Source of the DNA: an uncultured bacterium
Lineage (GTDB): Bacteria > Auribacterota > Erginobacteria > Erginobacterales > CAZKCI01
Direction of reading: 5' to 3'
Length of the DNA stretch: 64,000 nucleotides
Assembly: GCA_964584165.1 (NCBI GenBank)
Contig: CAZOYW010000002.1
Location: 35,488-99,487, forward strand
The notes beneath the pieces are model-generated. The model worked only from the letters and a program-made list of their open reading frames with translations, had not been told where the DNA came from and made no database searches. The position numbers and the translations under genes are program-made. Below, piece by piece: positions 26,371 through 35,146 of the stretch; position 1 is the stretch's first letter, and each line of letters starts with the position of its first letter.

Positions 26371-27905
26371 GGGTCGGCGCGCGTCAGGTCGCGGCCCTCT
26401 CCATTCCGGACCAACTCGTTGGCGATGATCCCCAGCCAGAGCCAGACGTGGAGCATGGGGATCCGGTTGACCAGGTTGAACGAGACGAAGTTCTGGAAGA
26501 TCAGGCCGGCCCAGACGCCGAGGAGGCCCAGCGCGATCCCCCGGCTCAGGGGGGAGGGGGACGAATCGCGGACCGCGACGCAGATCCCGAAGAAGCGGCT
26601 GAGGAGCCAGGCCACGGCGAAGAGTCCGAGGAGCCCCAGCTGGGAGAGGAGGGAGGTCCAGCCGGAGTCGCTGATGTAGGTCAGGCGGTAGGTGTCGATG
26701 TCGAGCCAGCGGCGGTGGGAGTGCTCCGGAAACATGCCCGGGGTGCCCCGCCCGGCGCCGGTCACCTCGGAGGCCAGCGTCCCCGGTCCGACGCCGAAGA
26801 TGGGGTAGCGCCGGATCACCCGGGGGGCGACGGTGAGAAGGGCGTAGAGGCGGTCGGACTTGAAGGACTGGCGGAACTTGCCGGGAGAGAAGGTGGAGAG
26901 GTAGCGGTCGGAGAGGGAGGCCCGCTTCTCCTCGCCGGCTTTCCAGGACACCTCCCGGGCGAGGAGGAGGGAGAGGCCGAGGACGAGGGCGAAGACGGAC
27001 CAGTAGATCCAGGCCTGGTACTGCTTGAGCAGGGAGAAGATGAAGAAGACGCCCAGGACGAGACCGATCCAGGACATCCGCGAGTAGCTTAAGCCCAGCG
27101 CGGCCAGGCAGGGCAGGGTGAAGGCGAAGTACCCCAGGCGGAGGCTGTCCGTGCGGGGGGAGGCGAGGTAGATCCCCAGGGTCAGGCAGAGGATGAAGAA
27201 GAGGAAATTGCCGAGGTGGTTGTAGCGCCCCAGGGTGGAGAAGATCTTGGTCGTGCCGCCCAGGTCCTGGCGGGTGGACTCCCGGATCAGTTTCCCCTTG
27301 AAGTAGACATCCCGGGGCTTCAAGACCTTGGAGAAGTTCTCCCCGGCGGCGGACTGGGCCAGGCCGATGGCGCAGACGATCACGGCGGCGACCGCCGTCG
27401 CCGCGAGGAGTCGCCGGGGGAAGCGGAGCGGCAGTTCGAGGTTGACCACGGCGTAGAAGAGGAAGAAGTAGCGGATCAGGTTCTTGATCCCCAGCAGGCC
27501 GACCAGAAGCGGAGCGCGGTTGACCAGCGTCGATGCTCCCGCCGCGACGAGGATGAGCAGGATGGGTCCGTCCAACGGGGTCCGGCGCCAGAGGAGTCCC
27601 GCGTGCCAGTTGCGCAGGAGGAGGTGGAGGAAGACGAGAAGGATCAGCGCCTCCCCCCAGTAGCGGGCGGGGGACCCCAGGACCGGAGGGAGCCACTTGG
27701 TCAGGAATTCCTCGAAGAGCGAGTAGACGGCGAGGAAGCCGAGGAAGAAGGGGATGTGGCGGACGAAGAACCAGGCGGCGAAGACGAGGAGGGGGAGAGC
27801 GAGAAGGAGCGCGGGTTTGAGGACGGTCAGGGCGCCGGCCAGGAAGAGGGCGGCGAGCCAGACCAGGCCGAAGAGGAGGGTGGAGAGGGCGGAGCGGAGT
27901 GTCAT
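26355..27905 (-). CDS. O-antigen ligase/polymerase family protein (third Wzy_C paralog)
   Basis: Polytopic membrane protein with a GLSYSRMSWIGLVLGVFFIF motif. Confidence 0.65.
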   Translation of the reverse strand: MTLRSALSTLLFGLVWLAALFLAGALTVLKPALLLALPLLVFAAWFFVRHIPFFLGFLAVYSLFEEFLTKWLPPVLGSPARYWGEALILLVFLHLLLRNWHAGLLWRRTPLDGPILLILVAAGASTLVNRAPLLVGLLGIKNLIRYFFLFYAVVNLELPLRFPRRLLAATAVAAVIVCAIGLAQSAAGENFSKVLKPRDVYFKGKLIRESTRQDLGGTTKIFSTLGRYNHLGNFLFFILCLTLGIYLASPRTDSLRLGYFAFTLPCLAALGLSYSRMSWIGLVLGVFFIFSLLKQYQAWIYWSVFALVLGLSLLLAREVSWKAGEEKRASLSDRYLSTFSPGKFRQSFKSDRLYALLTVAPRVIRRYPIFGVGPGTLASEVTGAGRGTPGMFPEHSHRRWLDIDTYRLTYISDSGWTSLLSQLGLLGLFAVAWLLSRFFGICVAVRDSSPSPLSRGIALGLLGVWAGLIFQNFVSFNLVNRIPMLHVWLWLGIIANELVRNGEGRDLTRADPVPRT

Positions 27906-28003
27906 GTCATCATCTATTGGCGTCGCCGGCGTCCCGTCGCGCCTTGTCGGCCGGTTCTATGAACCGGCGGCTAGAGCCCGGCGCGCCCCGACCGGGTCGG
28001 GGC

Positions 28004-29365
28004 CTATAAACCGGCCGCCCCCCCATCATAGCCCAAACCCTTCCGATAGACTCGAAGAAGATAGGCGAGGCCGAGCAGGGCGGCGATGACCGTGGCGGCG
28101 GCGATCCCGGCGAGCCCCCAGAGCTTGATAAAAAGGAGGTTGAAGGCGATCTTCCCGGCGAGGCGGATGATCCCGAGGTTGCGGATCGCCCGGGTATTCT
28201 TGATCGTGAGGAAGGCGCGGGTCAGGATGTAGCTCAGGATCTGGGGGAGGAGGGCGAGGTTCATCACCGCGTACAGGAGGGCCACCTGCCGGAGGGATTC
28301 GGCGGGGAAGCCGGTCCGCCCGTAGGCGAGCCCGACGAGCGGGCGGTGGACGAGGATGAGGAGGGCGCTGGCGCCGGCCGCCAGGAGCGCCGTCCAGCGC
28401 AGGGAGCGGGAGAGCGAGCGCTTAAGCCCCGCGGACCCGTCCTCGCCGTAATAGCCGTGTGACCAGTGGGAGAGGAAGGTGGTGAGGAAGCCGGTGGAGG
28501 AGAAGATGACCGGGATGAGGTAGAGCCGCTCGGCGTAGGAGAGGGAGGAGATCGCCCCCACCCCGAGTCCGGTGGCCATCATCTTGTCCACGATCGGGGA
28601 GAGCTCGGAGGCGACCATTCCCACCGTCTGCTGTCCCGCCTTGCGGACGAACTCCCCCATCCCCCGGAAGAGGCTGTCGGCCCGGCGGAGGCGGAGGCGG
28701 GGGGAGGCGAGGAGGGCGGCGAAGAGGAGGAGGAGGCGGATGAGCTCCCCCGCGACGTAGCCCAGGCTGATGGCGCGGATGCCCAGGTGGTCCCGCAGGA
28801 GCCAGCCGCAGGCGAGGACGATCGCCGCCCGGACCCCGGCGGAGAGGCCGGGGAGGGCGAAGGAGCGATAGGCGTTCAGGGTCCCGGCGATCAGGCTGGA
28901 GAGGGCGGTCAGCGGAACCAGCGGCGTCAGCTCGGCGAGGCAGCGGCGGACCAGGGGAAGCTCTCCCGGAGGGAAGCGGGTGACCCAGGGGAGGAGGAGG
29001 GAGATCAACGCCCAGCCGGAGAGGGAAAGCGCCGCGAGCGAGATCGCGGTCAGGGGGAGGAGCCGGCCGACGAACTGTCCCACGTCTCTCCCGGCGGCCC
29101 GCTCCTCGGCGATGAAGGGGACGACCACGGACTCCAGGACCGGGGCGAAGATCAGGGTGATGAAGGTGACCCAGGCGTAGGCGAAGAAGAAGGCGTCGGT
29201 GGCGGAGGAGGAGCTGAACCAGTCGGCGATGAAGAAGGGGACGACTAGGCCCAGCCCCTTGCCGAGGTTGTTGGCGGCCGTCGCCACCGCCGTGTCCCGG
29301 AGGAGGGGGGAGGGGCGCCAGCGACGGGGTTTTCCCGGGGGGACGGAGACGCTGGAGTCAGCCAT
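28004..29365 (-). CDS. MurJ/MviN-family flippase (MOP superfamily)
   Basis: N-terminal ...NNLGKGLGLVVPFFIADWFSSSSATDAFFFAYAWVTF matches the MurJ signature. About 14 TM helices. Confidence 0.65.
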   Translation of the reverse strand: MADSSVSVPPGKPRRWRPSPLLRDTAVATAANNLGKGLGLVVPFFIADWFSSSSATDAFFFAYAWVTFITLIFAPVLESVVVPFIAEERAAGRDVGQFVGRLLPLTAISLAALSLSGWALISLLLPWVTRFPPGELPLVRRCLAELTPLVPLTALSSLIAGTLNAYRSFALPGLSAGVRAAIVLACGWLLRDHLGIRAISLGYVAGELIRLLLLFAALLASPRLRLRRADSLFRGMGEFVRKAGQQTVGMVASELSPIVDKMMATGLGVGAISSLSYAERLYLIPVIFSSTGFLTTFLSHWSHGYYGEDGSAGLKRSLSRSLRWTALLAAGASALLILVHRPLVGLAYGRTGFPAESLRQVALLYAVMNLALLPQILSYILTRAFLTIKNTRAIRNLGIIRLAGKIAFNLLFIKLWGLAGIAAATVIAALLGLAYLLRVYRKGLGYDGGAAGL

Positions 29366-29484
29366 GGCTGTTCACGGATCGGGGCCCCGACGAACCGCGC
29401 TCGGGGCCAGCCGGAATGCCCCTTCCCCCCGGGAACAGGACCATCCGCGGGTTCCCCGGCGCTGGCATCGGCGTTCCAATATTT

Positions 29485-31164
29485 ATGCTTAACGATCGCG
29501 CGGCTATCACTTACTATTACTCGACTTTTCCCGTGAAGACCAGACAAACATGGGCGTGGCTATCCGCGGCGGTTCTCCTTTTGCTTTTGGCGGTGTGGGG
29601 GATGGCGAGCTATCGCTCCCCCCTCCTCGATCCCGGCGGGAGGAACCCGGCGGAGCGGGTCGCCGACTTCTTCGCCTACAGCTGGCTTTACAGCAAGGCG
29701 CTCTGGCTGGAGAATACCCGCCGTCCCGAGGCCTCTGAGGCGGCGGCCTTCTCCGCCGCCTGGTTCCGCCCCTCCCTCCTGGCCAGCCGGTTGGGCGGCG
29801 ACCTCTCCGATCCCCTGGCCCTGGCCGGGGAGTACGAGAAAAGAGGGCTCCCCGACCGCGCCGGACGGCTCCTGCAGCTCGCCGCCGCCCGGACGCGCGA
29901 CGGGGAGCGGCTCCCCGAGATCGTCTCCCGCCTCGCCGCCCTGGAGGATTGGGAGCGGCTGATCGCCGTTCTCGACGCTAGCGACCAGGGCCGCCTCGCC
30001 GCGGCGAACGCCGACTACTGGCGGGGGCGCGCCCTCCTCGAACTCGGGCGGCCGGAAGAGGCGATCCCCGATCTTTCCCGCGCCGCCGCCGCCGGCCTCG
30101 GCGACGCCTCCTACCGCCTCTTCCTCGCCCTCCGCGCGGCGGGAAGGGGAGAGGAAGCCGGGCGGAGCCTCCTCGCGGCGGTCGCGGCCGCTCCCGATCA
30201 CGCCGCGGCGGAAGCGGCCGCCGCCGATCTTCTGCGCGTTTCGGGAAAGGCGGGGGAGGGGGAGGACCGGCGTTGCCGCGCCGAGTCGCTCACCCCCGCC
30301 TTCCCCGTGCGCGCGGTTTTCGGGGAGATCCGCCTCCTCGGCTTCGACCCGCCCGCCCCCCGCCTCAAGGGGGAGGAGACGCTCCGCTGCCGGATCTTCT
30401 ATGAGGTAATCGGAGCCGCCTCCGGGCCGGTCACCGCCCGTCTCGCCCTGGAGAGGGAGAACCGCCCGGGGGCGGTCAAGGAAATCGCGATCCCCCCCGG
30501 CCGTTTCGACCCGGGAGTCGTCCGCACCGCCCTCTGGGAGTTTCCTCTCCCCGCCGATATCGTCCCGGGATCCTACCGGGTCGAGATCCGCCTGGAGAGC
30601 GCCCCCGGCCGTCCGCTCCGCCGCCTGGGCTCCCGGGAGGAAGAGCTGTCCTGCGGGGAGACGGTGGTCCTCCCCGGCGTCTTCCCCGTCCCCTACGCCG
30701 ACCGCCACCTCGCCGAGCTCTTCGGGTCCGACCTGGAGAACCTGCGCCTCTCCTCCGTCCTCAACGGCCGCGACCGGGTGGTCATTCCCCTCTCCCCCGC
30801 GCGCCTCCGCGCCGGGGTCGGGATCGTCTCCTACACCCAGTGGTCCGCCTCGGTTCCCCAAGGGGCGCCGGTCGCCGAGCTCACGGTGGAGACGGCGGAG
30901 GGCGAGAGGCACCGCTTCCCGATCGCGGCGGGCGTGGAGACCGCCGACATCTGGCTCTCCGACCGCTCTCCGGAGGAGCGGGCCCACGGGCTGGCCCCGC
31001 TTTACCGTTCCCGCGCGGTGGAGCGGGGGGGGAAGCAGGCGACGGCCAACGCCTACTACTACGTCTTCCGCCTCCCCCGCCCGGCGCGCCTGACCGCGGC
31101 GGCCGTCGAGTACGTCCATCCCTCCGCGGGGGCGCTCTTCATCCAGAATCTTTTTCTCCTCTGA
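29485..31164 (+). CDS. Membrane-anchored TPR-like protein of unknown function
   Basis: Start MLNDRAAITYYY followed by a TM helix (WAWLSAAVLLLLLAVWGMA), then Ala/Leu/Arg-rich TPR-like helices and a C-terminal beta-rich region. Confidence 0.45.
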   Translation: MLNDRAAITYYYSTFPVKTRQTWAWLSAAVLLLLLAVWGMASYRSPLLDPGGRNPAERVADFFAYSWLYSKALWLENTRRPEASEAAAFSAAWFRPSLLASRLGGDLSDPLALAGEYEKRGLPDRAGRLLQLAAARTRDGERLPEIVSRLAALEDWERLIAVLDASDQGRLAAANADYWRGRALLELGRPEEAIPDLSRAAAAGLGDASYRLFLALRAAGRGEEAGRSLLAAVAAAPDHAAAEAAAADLLRVSGKAGEGEDRRCRAESLTPAFPVRAVFGEIRLLGFDPPAPRLKGEETLRCRIFYEVIGAASGPVTARLALERENRPGAVKEIAIPPGRFDPGVVRTALWEFPLPADIVPGSYRVEIRLESAPGRPLRRLGSREEELSCGETVVLPGVFPVPYADRHLAELFGSDLENLRLSSVLNGRDRVVIPLSPARLRAGVGIVSYTQWSASVPQGAPVAELTVETAEGERHRFPIAAGVETADIWLSDRSPEERAHGLAPLYRSRAVERGGKQATANAYYYVFRLPRPARLTAAAVEYVHPSAGALFIQNLFLL

Positions 31165-31257
31165 TCCGCGGCGCGGATCAAAGGAGAAAAAGGGGCTTGC
31201 TATCCGCGGACCTTTCCGCGATCTAGTATCGGGGTTTCCCGGGCTGGGGCAGGAAGA

Positions 31258-32694
31258 TTGTCCATGCATAAGCGCATCGTCAGGGCCTACATCGCCGTTG
31301 ACGCCGTCGGCCTTCTTCTGGCCTTCTACCTCCCCTACCTCATCCGCTACAACAGCGACCGGATCGCTCTGCTCCTCTCCTACCCGGCCGGCCGGATCAT
31401 CAGCAACCTCTGGCTTCCGTCGCTCGGCTCCTACACCACGGTCTACCTCTTCTGGGGGATGACCGCCCTCCTCCTCCTCCAGCACTACCAGCTCTTCGCC
31501 ACTCCCCGCGAGCTCTCCTATCTGGAGGAGACGATCGCCGTTCTCAAGGTCACCTGCTTCTCCTGCCTCCCTGCGGCGGCGGCCGTCTTCTTCCTCCAGA
31601 TCAAGTTCTACTCCCGCCTGGTCTTCGCCTTGAACGCCCTCGCCCTCTTCCTCCTCCTCGCCGCCTGGCGGGCGGCGAAGCGGCGCCTGGTGCGCGCCCG
31701 GGTGGCCCGGGGACACGACAACCTCCGGGTCCTGATCGTCGGGGCGGGGAAGGTGGGGGCGGCGGTGGCCTCCGAGATGGCGCGCCTCCCCTACTTCGGC
31801 TGGGAGGCGGTCGGCTATCTCGACGACCGCGCCCGCGCCGGCCCGTCCGGCCGGCCGGTCCTGGGGACGCTCGCGGAGCTGGAGCCGGTCGCCCGGCAGC
31901 ATTTCATCGACCTGGCGATCGTGACCATCCCCTCGGCCCGGGAGAAGGTTGCCGCCATCCTGGAGACCGCCCGCGCCCTCAAGATCGGCGTCCGGATCGT
32001 CCCCGATCTCCACCAGCTCTCCTCCGAGGAGATCCGCGCCTCCGCGCTCGGGGAGATCCCCCTCCTCGAGTACCACCCCCACCATCCCCACGGGACGGAC
32101 CTGGCGGCGAAGAGGGCCTTCGACCTGATTTTCTCCGGCCTTCTCCTCCTGTTCCTTCTCCCCTGCCTGCCCGTCCTCGTCCTCCTGATCAAGCGCGACA
32201 GCCCGGGGCCGGTCTTCTACGTCTCCCGCCGCTGCGGCAAGAACGGGCGGGTCTTCAGCTTCTTCAAGTTCCGGACCATGGTCCCGGGGGCGGAGGCGAT
32301 GCTCGACTCCCTCCAGGCGGAGAACGAGTCCGACGGGCCGGTCTTCAAGATGAAGAACGATCCCAGGGTGACGCGGGTCGGGCGCCTCCTGCGCCGCTTC
32401 AGCATCGACGAACTCCCCCAGCTCTGGAACGTCTTCCGGGGCGATATGTCCCTGGTCGGCCCCCGCCCGCCCACCCCCGAGGAGGTGAAGCGGTACAGCG
32501 ATCGCCAGCTCCGGCGCCTGGAAATCCGCCCCGGGATCACCTGCCTCTGGCAGGTCAAGGGGCGGGCCGACCTCTCCTTCGAGGAGTGGATGAAGTGGGA
32601 CCTTTTCTACATCGAGAACTGGTCCTTCTGGCTGGACCTCCAGATCCTCCTCCTCACGTTGGGGGCGGTGGTGCGGGGGAAGGGAGCGTATTAA
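31258..32694 (+). CDS. Undecaprenyl-phosphate sugar phosphotransferase (WbaP/EPS priming transferase)
   Basis: 4-5 N-terminal TM helices, a Rossmann-fold LIVGAGKVGAAVA, and a C-terminal bacterial sugar-transferase domain (AKRAFDLIFSG ... DELPQLWNVFRGDMSLVGPRP). Confidence 0.9.
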   Translation: MSMHKRIVRAYIAVDAVGLLLAFYLPYLIRYNSDRIALLLSYPAGRIISNLWLPSLGSYTTVYLFWGMTALLLLQHYQLFATPRELSYLEETIAVLKVTCFSCLPAAAAVFFLQIKFYSRLVFALNALALFLLLAAWRAAKRRLVRARVARGHDNLRVLIVGAGKVGAAVASEMARLPYFGWEAVGYLDDRARAGPSGRPVLGTLAELEPVARQHFIDLAIVTIPSAREKVAAILETARALKIGVRIVPDLHQLSSEEIRASALGEIPLLEYHPHHPHGTDLAAKRAFDLIFSGLLLLFLLPCLPVLVLLIKRDSPGPVFYVSRRCGKNGRVFSFFKFRTMVPGAEAMLDSLQAENESDGPVFKMKNDPRVTRVGRLLRRFSIDELPQLWNVFRGDMSLVGPRPPTPEEVKRYSDRQLRRLEIRPGITCLWQVKGRADLSFEEWMKWDLFYIENWSFWLDLQILLLTLGAVVRGKGAY

Positions 32695-32699
32695 AAAAA

Positions 32700-32748
32700 G
32701 TTACGTAAGGTTACGCAAGGTTATGTAAGGTTACGTAAGGTTACGGAA
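32700..32748. repeat. Five tandem 10-mers (G)TTACGTAAGG (the reverse complement of the 794-910 repeat) at exact 10-bp phase, abutting the radical SAM start codon
   Basis: gttacgtaaggttacgcaaggttatgtaaggttacgtaaggttacggaatATG; palindromic cores TTACGTAA / TTACGCAA / TTATGTAA / TTACGTAA / TTACGGAA. Confidence 0.9.
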
Positions 32749-32749
32749 T

Positions 32750-33733
32750 ATGGAAGCCGCGATCGTCGTCACCTACCGTTGCAACGCCCGCTGCGCGATG
32801 TGCGGGACCTGGCGGCACCCCTCCCGGCGGGAGGAGGAGTTCGCCCCGGAGCTCCTCCGGAAGCTCCCGCCGCTTGCCTTCGCCAACGTCACGGGCGGGG
32901 AGCCTTTCCTGCGGGAGGATCTCGCCGAGATCGTCTCCATCCTCTCCGGGCGCTCCTCCCGGGTGGTGATCAGCACCAACGGGTTCTTCACCGACCGGAT
33001 CATAGCCCTCTCGGACCGGTTTCCCTCCGTCGGCGTCCGGATCAGCCTGGAGGGCCTGCCCGCCGCCAACGACGAGCTCCGGGGGCTTAAAGACGGCTTC
33101 GACCACGGCCTGCGCACGCTTCTCGAGCTCCGTAGGCTCGGCCGGCGGGACATCGGCTTCGGGATCACCGTCTCCGACCGGAACGCCTCCGACCTGCTCG
33201 AGCTCTTCGAGCTGGCCCGGTCGATGCGGCTCGAGTTCGCCACCGCCGTCGTCCACAACTCCTATTATTTTCACAAGCAGGACAACGCGATCCGTGACCC
33301 GGATCATGTGATCCGGTGTTTCGAGGAGCTTGTCCGGCGGCTCCTCGGGAGCCGCCGGATCAAGGAGTGGTTCCGGGCCTACTTCAACCGCGGCCTGATC
33401 AACTACGTCCGGGGGCGCCCGCGCCTCCTCCCCTGCGCCGCCGGGGAGGACATGTTCTTCCTCGACCCCGCGGGCGAGGTCCGCCCCTGCAACGGCCTCC
33501 CCGAGGAGTCCGAGGAGACCAGCCTGGGGAACCTGAAGCGCGCCTCGTTCGAGGAGATCTGGCAGGGGGAGCGGGCGCGCGCGATCCGGGAGCGGTTGCG
33601 CTCCTGCCCCCGCAACTGCTGGATGATCGGGACCGCCGCCCCGGCGATGAAGAAGGATCTCATCCGGCCCCTGCGCTGGATCGCCCGGAACAAGATCCGT
33701 CTGGCGCTAGGGAAAGAGCTGGAGGAGATGTAG
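32750..33733 (+). CDS. Radical SAM protein with a C-terminal SPASM/twitch-like Cys cluster
   Basis: VVTYRCNARCAMCG is the CxxxCxxC motif. The C-terminal CAAGEDMFFLDPAGEVRPCNGL ... CPRNCW provides auxiliary-cluster cysteines. 327 aa. Confidence 0.75.
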   Translation: MEAAIVVTYRCNARCAMCGTWRHPSRREEEFAPELLRKLPPLAFANVTGGEPFLREDLAEIVSILSGRSSRVVISTNGFFTDRIIALSDRFPSVGVRISLEGLPAANDELRGLKDGFDHGLRTLLELRRLGRRDIGFGITVSDRNASDLLELFELARSMRLEFATAVVHNSYYFHKQDNAIRDPDHVIRCFEELVRRLLGSRRIKEWFRAYFNRGLINYVRGRPRLLPCAAGEDMFFLDPAGEVRPCNGLPEESEETSLGNLKRASFEEIWQGERARAIRERLRSCPRNCWMIGTAAPAMKKDLIRPLRWIARNKIRLALGKELEEM

Positions 33734-33877
33734 TATCGTCCGGTGTTCGCTCGCGCGAACACCGGAATTGAAGTATCTCCTTCCCGATTCGCCGGCGAAT
33801 CGAGAAGGATCGCCGGGCCGGCTGAATACGGAAGGAGTTTGGCCCCAACCGCTCGCATAATTATTCATCATTCGCTA

Positions 33878-33922
33878 AGTCCATGCCGTCCATATCGTCC
33901 ATTCCGTCCATAACGTCCGCCG
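33878..33922 (+). repeat. 9-bp-periodic GTCCATNNC array (x4-5) directly upstream of the GT4 gene; it lies within a 22-codon uORF (33883-33951) encoding MPSISSIPSITSAAFPGADLRP
   Basis: gtccatgccgtccatatcgtccattccgtccataacgtcc. The uORF stop overlaps the GT4 ATG (ATGA). Confidence 0.7.
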
Positions 33923-33947
33923 CCTTCCCCGGGGCTGACTTGCGCCC

Positions 33948-35060
33948 ATGAAAGTCGTCGTCGTCGGGACCCGCGGCTTCCCCGGCGTCCCCGGGGGGGT
34001 GGAGCGGCACGGCGAGGAGCTCTATCCCCGCCTCGCCGAGAGGGGGTGCGAGGTCACCGTTCTGACCCGGGCGCCCTACCTCCCCCCGGCGGGGAGGCTC
34101 AAGGAGTGGCGGGGCGTCCGCTTCCTCCACCTCGGAGCCGTCCGCTCCAAGCATTTCGAGGCCGCCCTCCACACCCTGCGGGGCGTGCTCCTCGCCCGCC
34201 GCCTCCGGCCCGATCTCCTGCACGTCCACGCGATCGGCCCCGCCCTCTTCGTCCCGCTGGCCCGCGCCCTCGGCTTGCCGACGGTGATGACCGACCACGG
34301 CCCCGACTACCGGCGGTCCAAGTGGGGGCGGTTGGCCAAGGCCATGCTCCGGCTCGGCGAGTCCGCCGGCGTCCGCTGCTCCACGCGCGTGATCGCGGTC
34401 TCGCGGGGGATCGCGTCCGACCTCGCCGAGAGATACCGCCGCGCCGACATCGCCTACATCCCCAACGGGGTGCCCATCCCCGCCCCGGTCCCGCCGGGCG
34501 AAACCCTGCGCCGGCTCGGCCTTTTCCCCGGCGGCTACCTTCTCACCGCCTGCCGGTTCGTCCCGGAGAAGGGGCTTTCCACCCTGGCCGAGGCCTTCCG
34601 CCTCCTTCCGTCGCCGGAGGCGAGGCTGGTGATCGCCGGGGGGGCCCAGCTTGGCGACCCGACCGAGCGGGCTCTCCTCTCGGCCGCGCGCGCCGACCCC
34701 AGGATCGTTCTCCCCGGCTTCCTCTCCGGACGGCCGCTCGCGGAGCTCTTCTCCCACGCCGGCCTCTTCGTCCTTCCCTCGCTCTATGAGGGGCTCCCGA
34801 TCGCGCTCCTCGAGGCCCTCTCCTACGGCCTCCCGGTCGCGGTGAGCGACATCCCTCCCCACCGGGAGATCCCCCTCCCTCCCTTCCGCTATTTTCCCCC
34901 CGCCGCCCCGGCGGCGCTGGCGGGAAAGATCGCCGAGTGCCTGGAGCGGGGGATAACCGAGGAGGAGCGAGCGTCCGCCCTCGGCCTCCTCCGGCGCGAT
35001 TTCGACTGGGACGCCATCGCGGAGAGGACGCTCGCCGTCTACCGCTCGGCCCTCCCATAG
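33948..35060 (+). CDS. Glycosyltransferase family 4
   Basis: MKVVVVGTRGFPGVPGGVERH ... LPSLYEGLPIALLEALSYGLPVAVSD. Confidence 0.8.
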   Translation: MKVVVVGTRGFPGVPGGVERHGEELYPRLAERGCEVTVLTRAPYLPPAGRLKEWRGVRFLHLGAVRSKHFEAALHTLRGVLLARRLRPDLLHVHAIGPALFVPLARALGLPTVMTDHGPDYRRSKWGRLAKAMLRLGESAGVRCSTRVIAVSRGIASDLAERYRRADIAYIPNGVPIPAPVPPGETLRRLGLFPGGYLLTACRFVPEKGLSTLAEAFRLLPSPEARLVIAGGAQLGDPTERALLSAARADPRIVLPGFLSGRPLAELFSHAGLFVLPSLYEGLPIALLEALSYGLPVAVSDIPPHREIPLPPFRYFPPAAPAALAGKIAECLERGITEEERASALGLLRRDFDWDAIAERTLAVYRSALP

Positions 35061-35099
35061 GTCTTATAGGTCCTATAGGTCCTATAGGACCTATAAGAC
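35061..35099. terminator. Near-perfect 39-bp palindrome/hairpin (gtcttataggtcctatagg|tcctataggacctataagac) immediately after the GT4 stop
   Basis: Read directly. Arms are complementary apart from the central unit. It is an AT-richer island. Confidence 0.5.
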
Positions 35100-35146
35100 C
35101 TATGGGAGGGCTGGAGTTTTCGTCCGCCTTGACCTATGATCGCCCC

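Noticed and set aside
33861-34862. Minus-strand ORF 33861..34862 ending ...DVMDGMDDMDGMDLANDE
   Set aside because: It is antisense to the well-supported GT4 (33948-35060) and is created by the GTCCAT repeat. It is an artefact.
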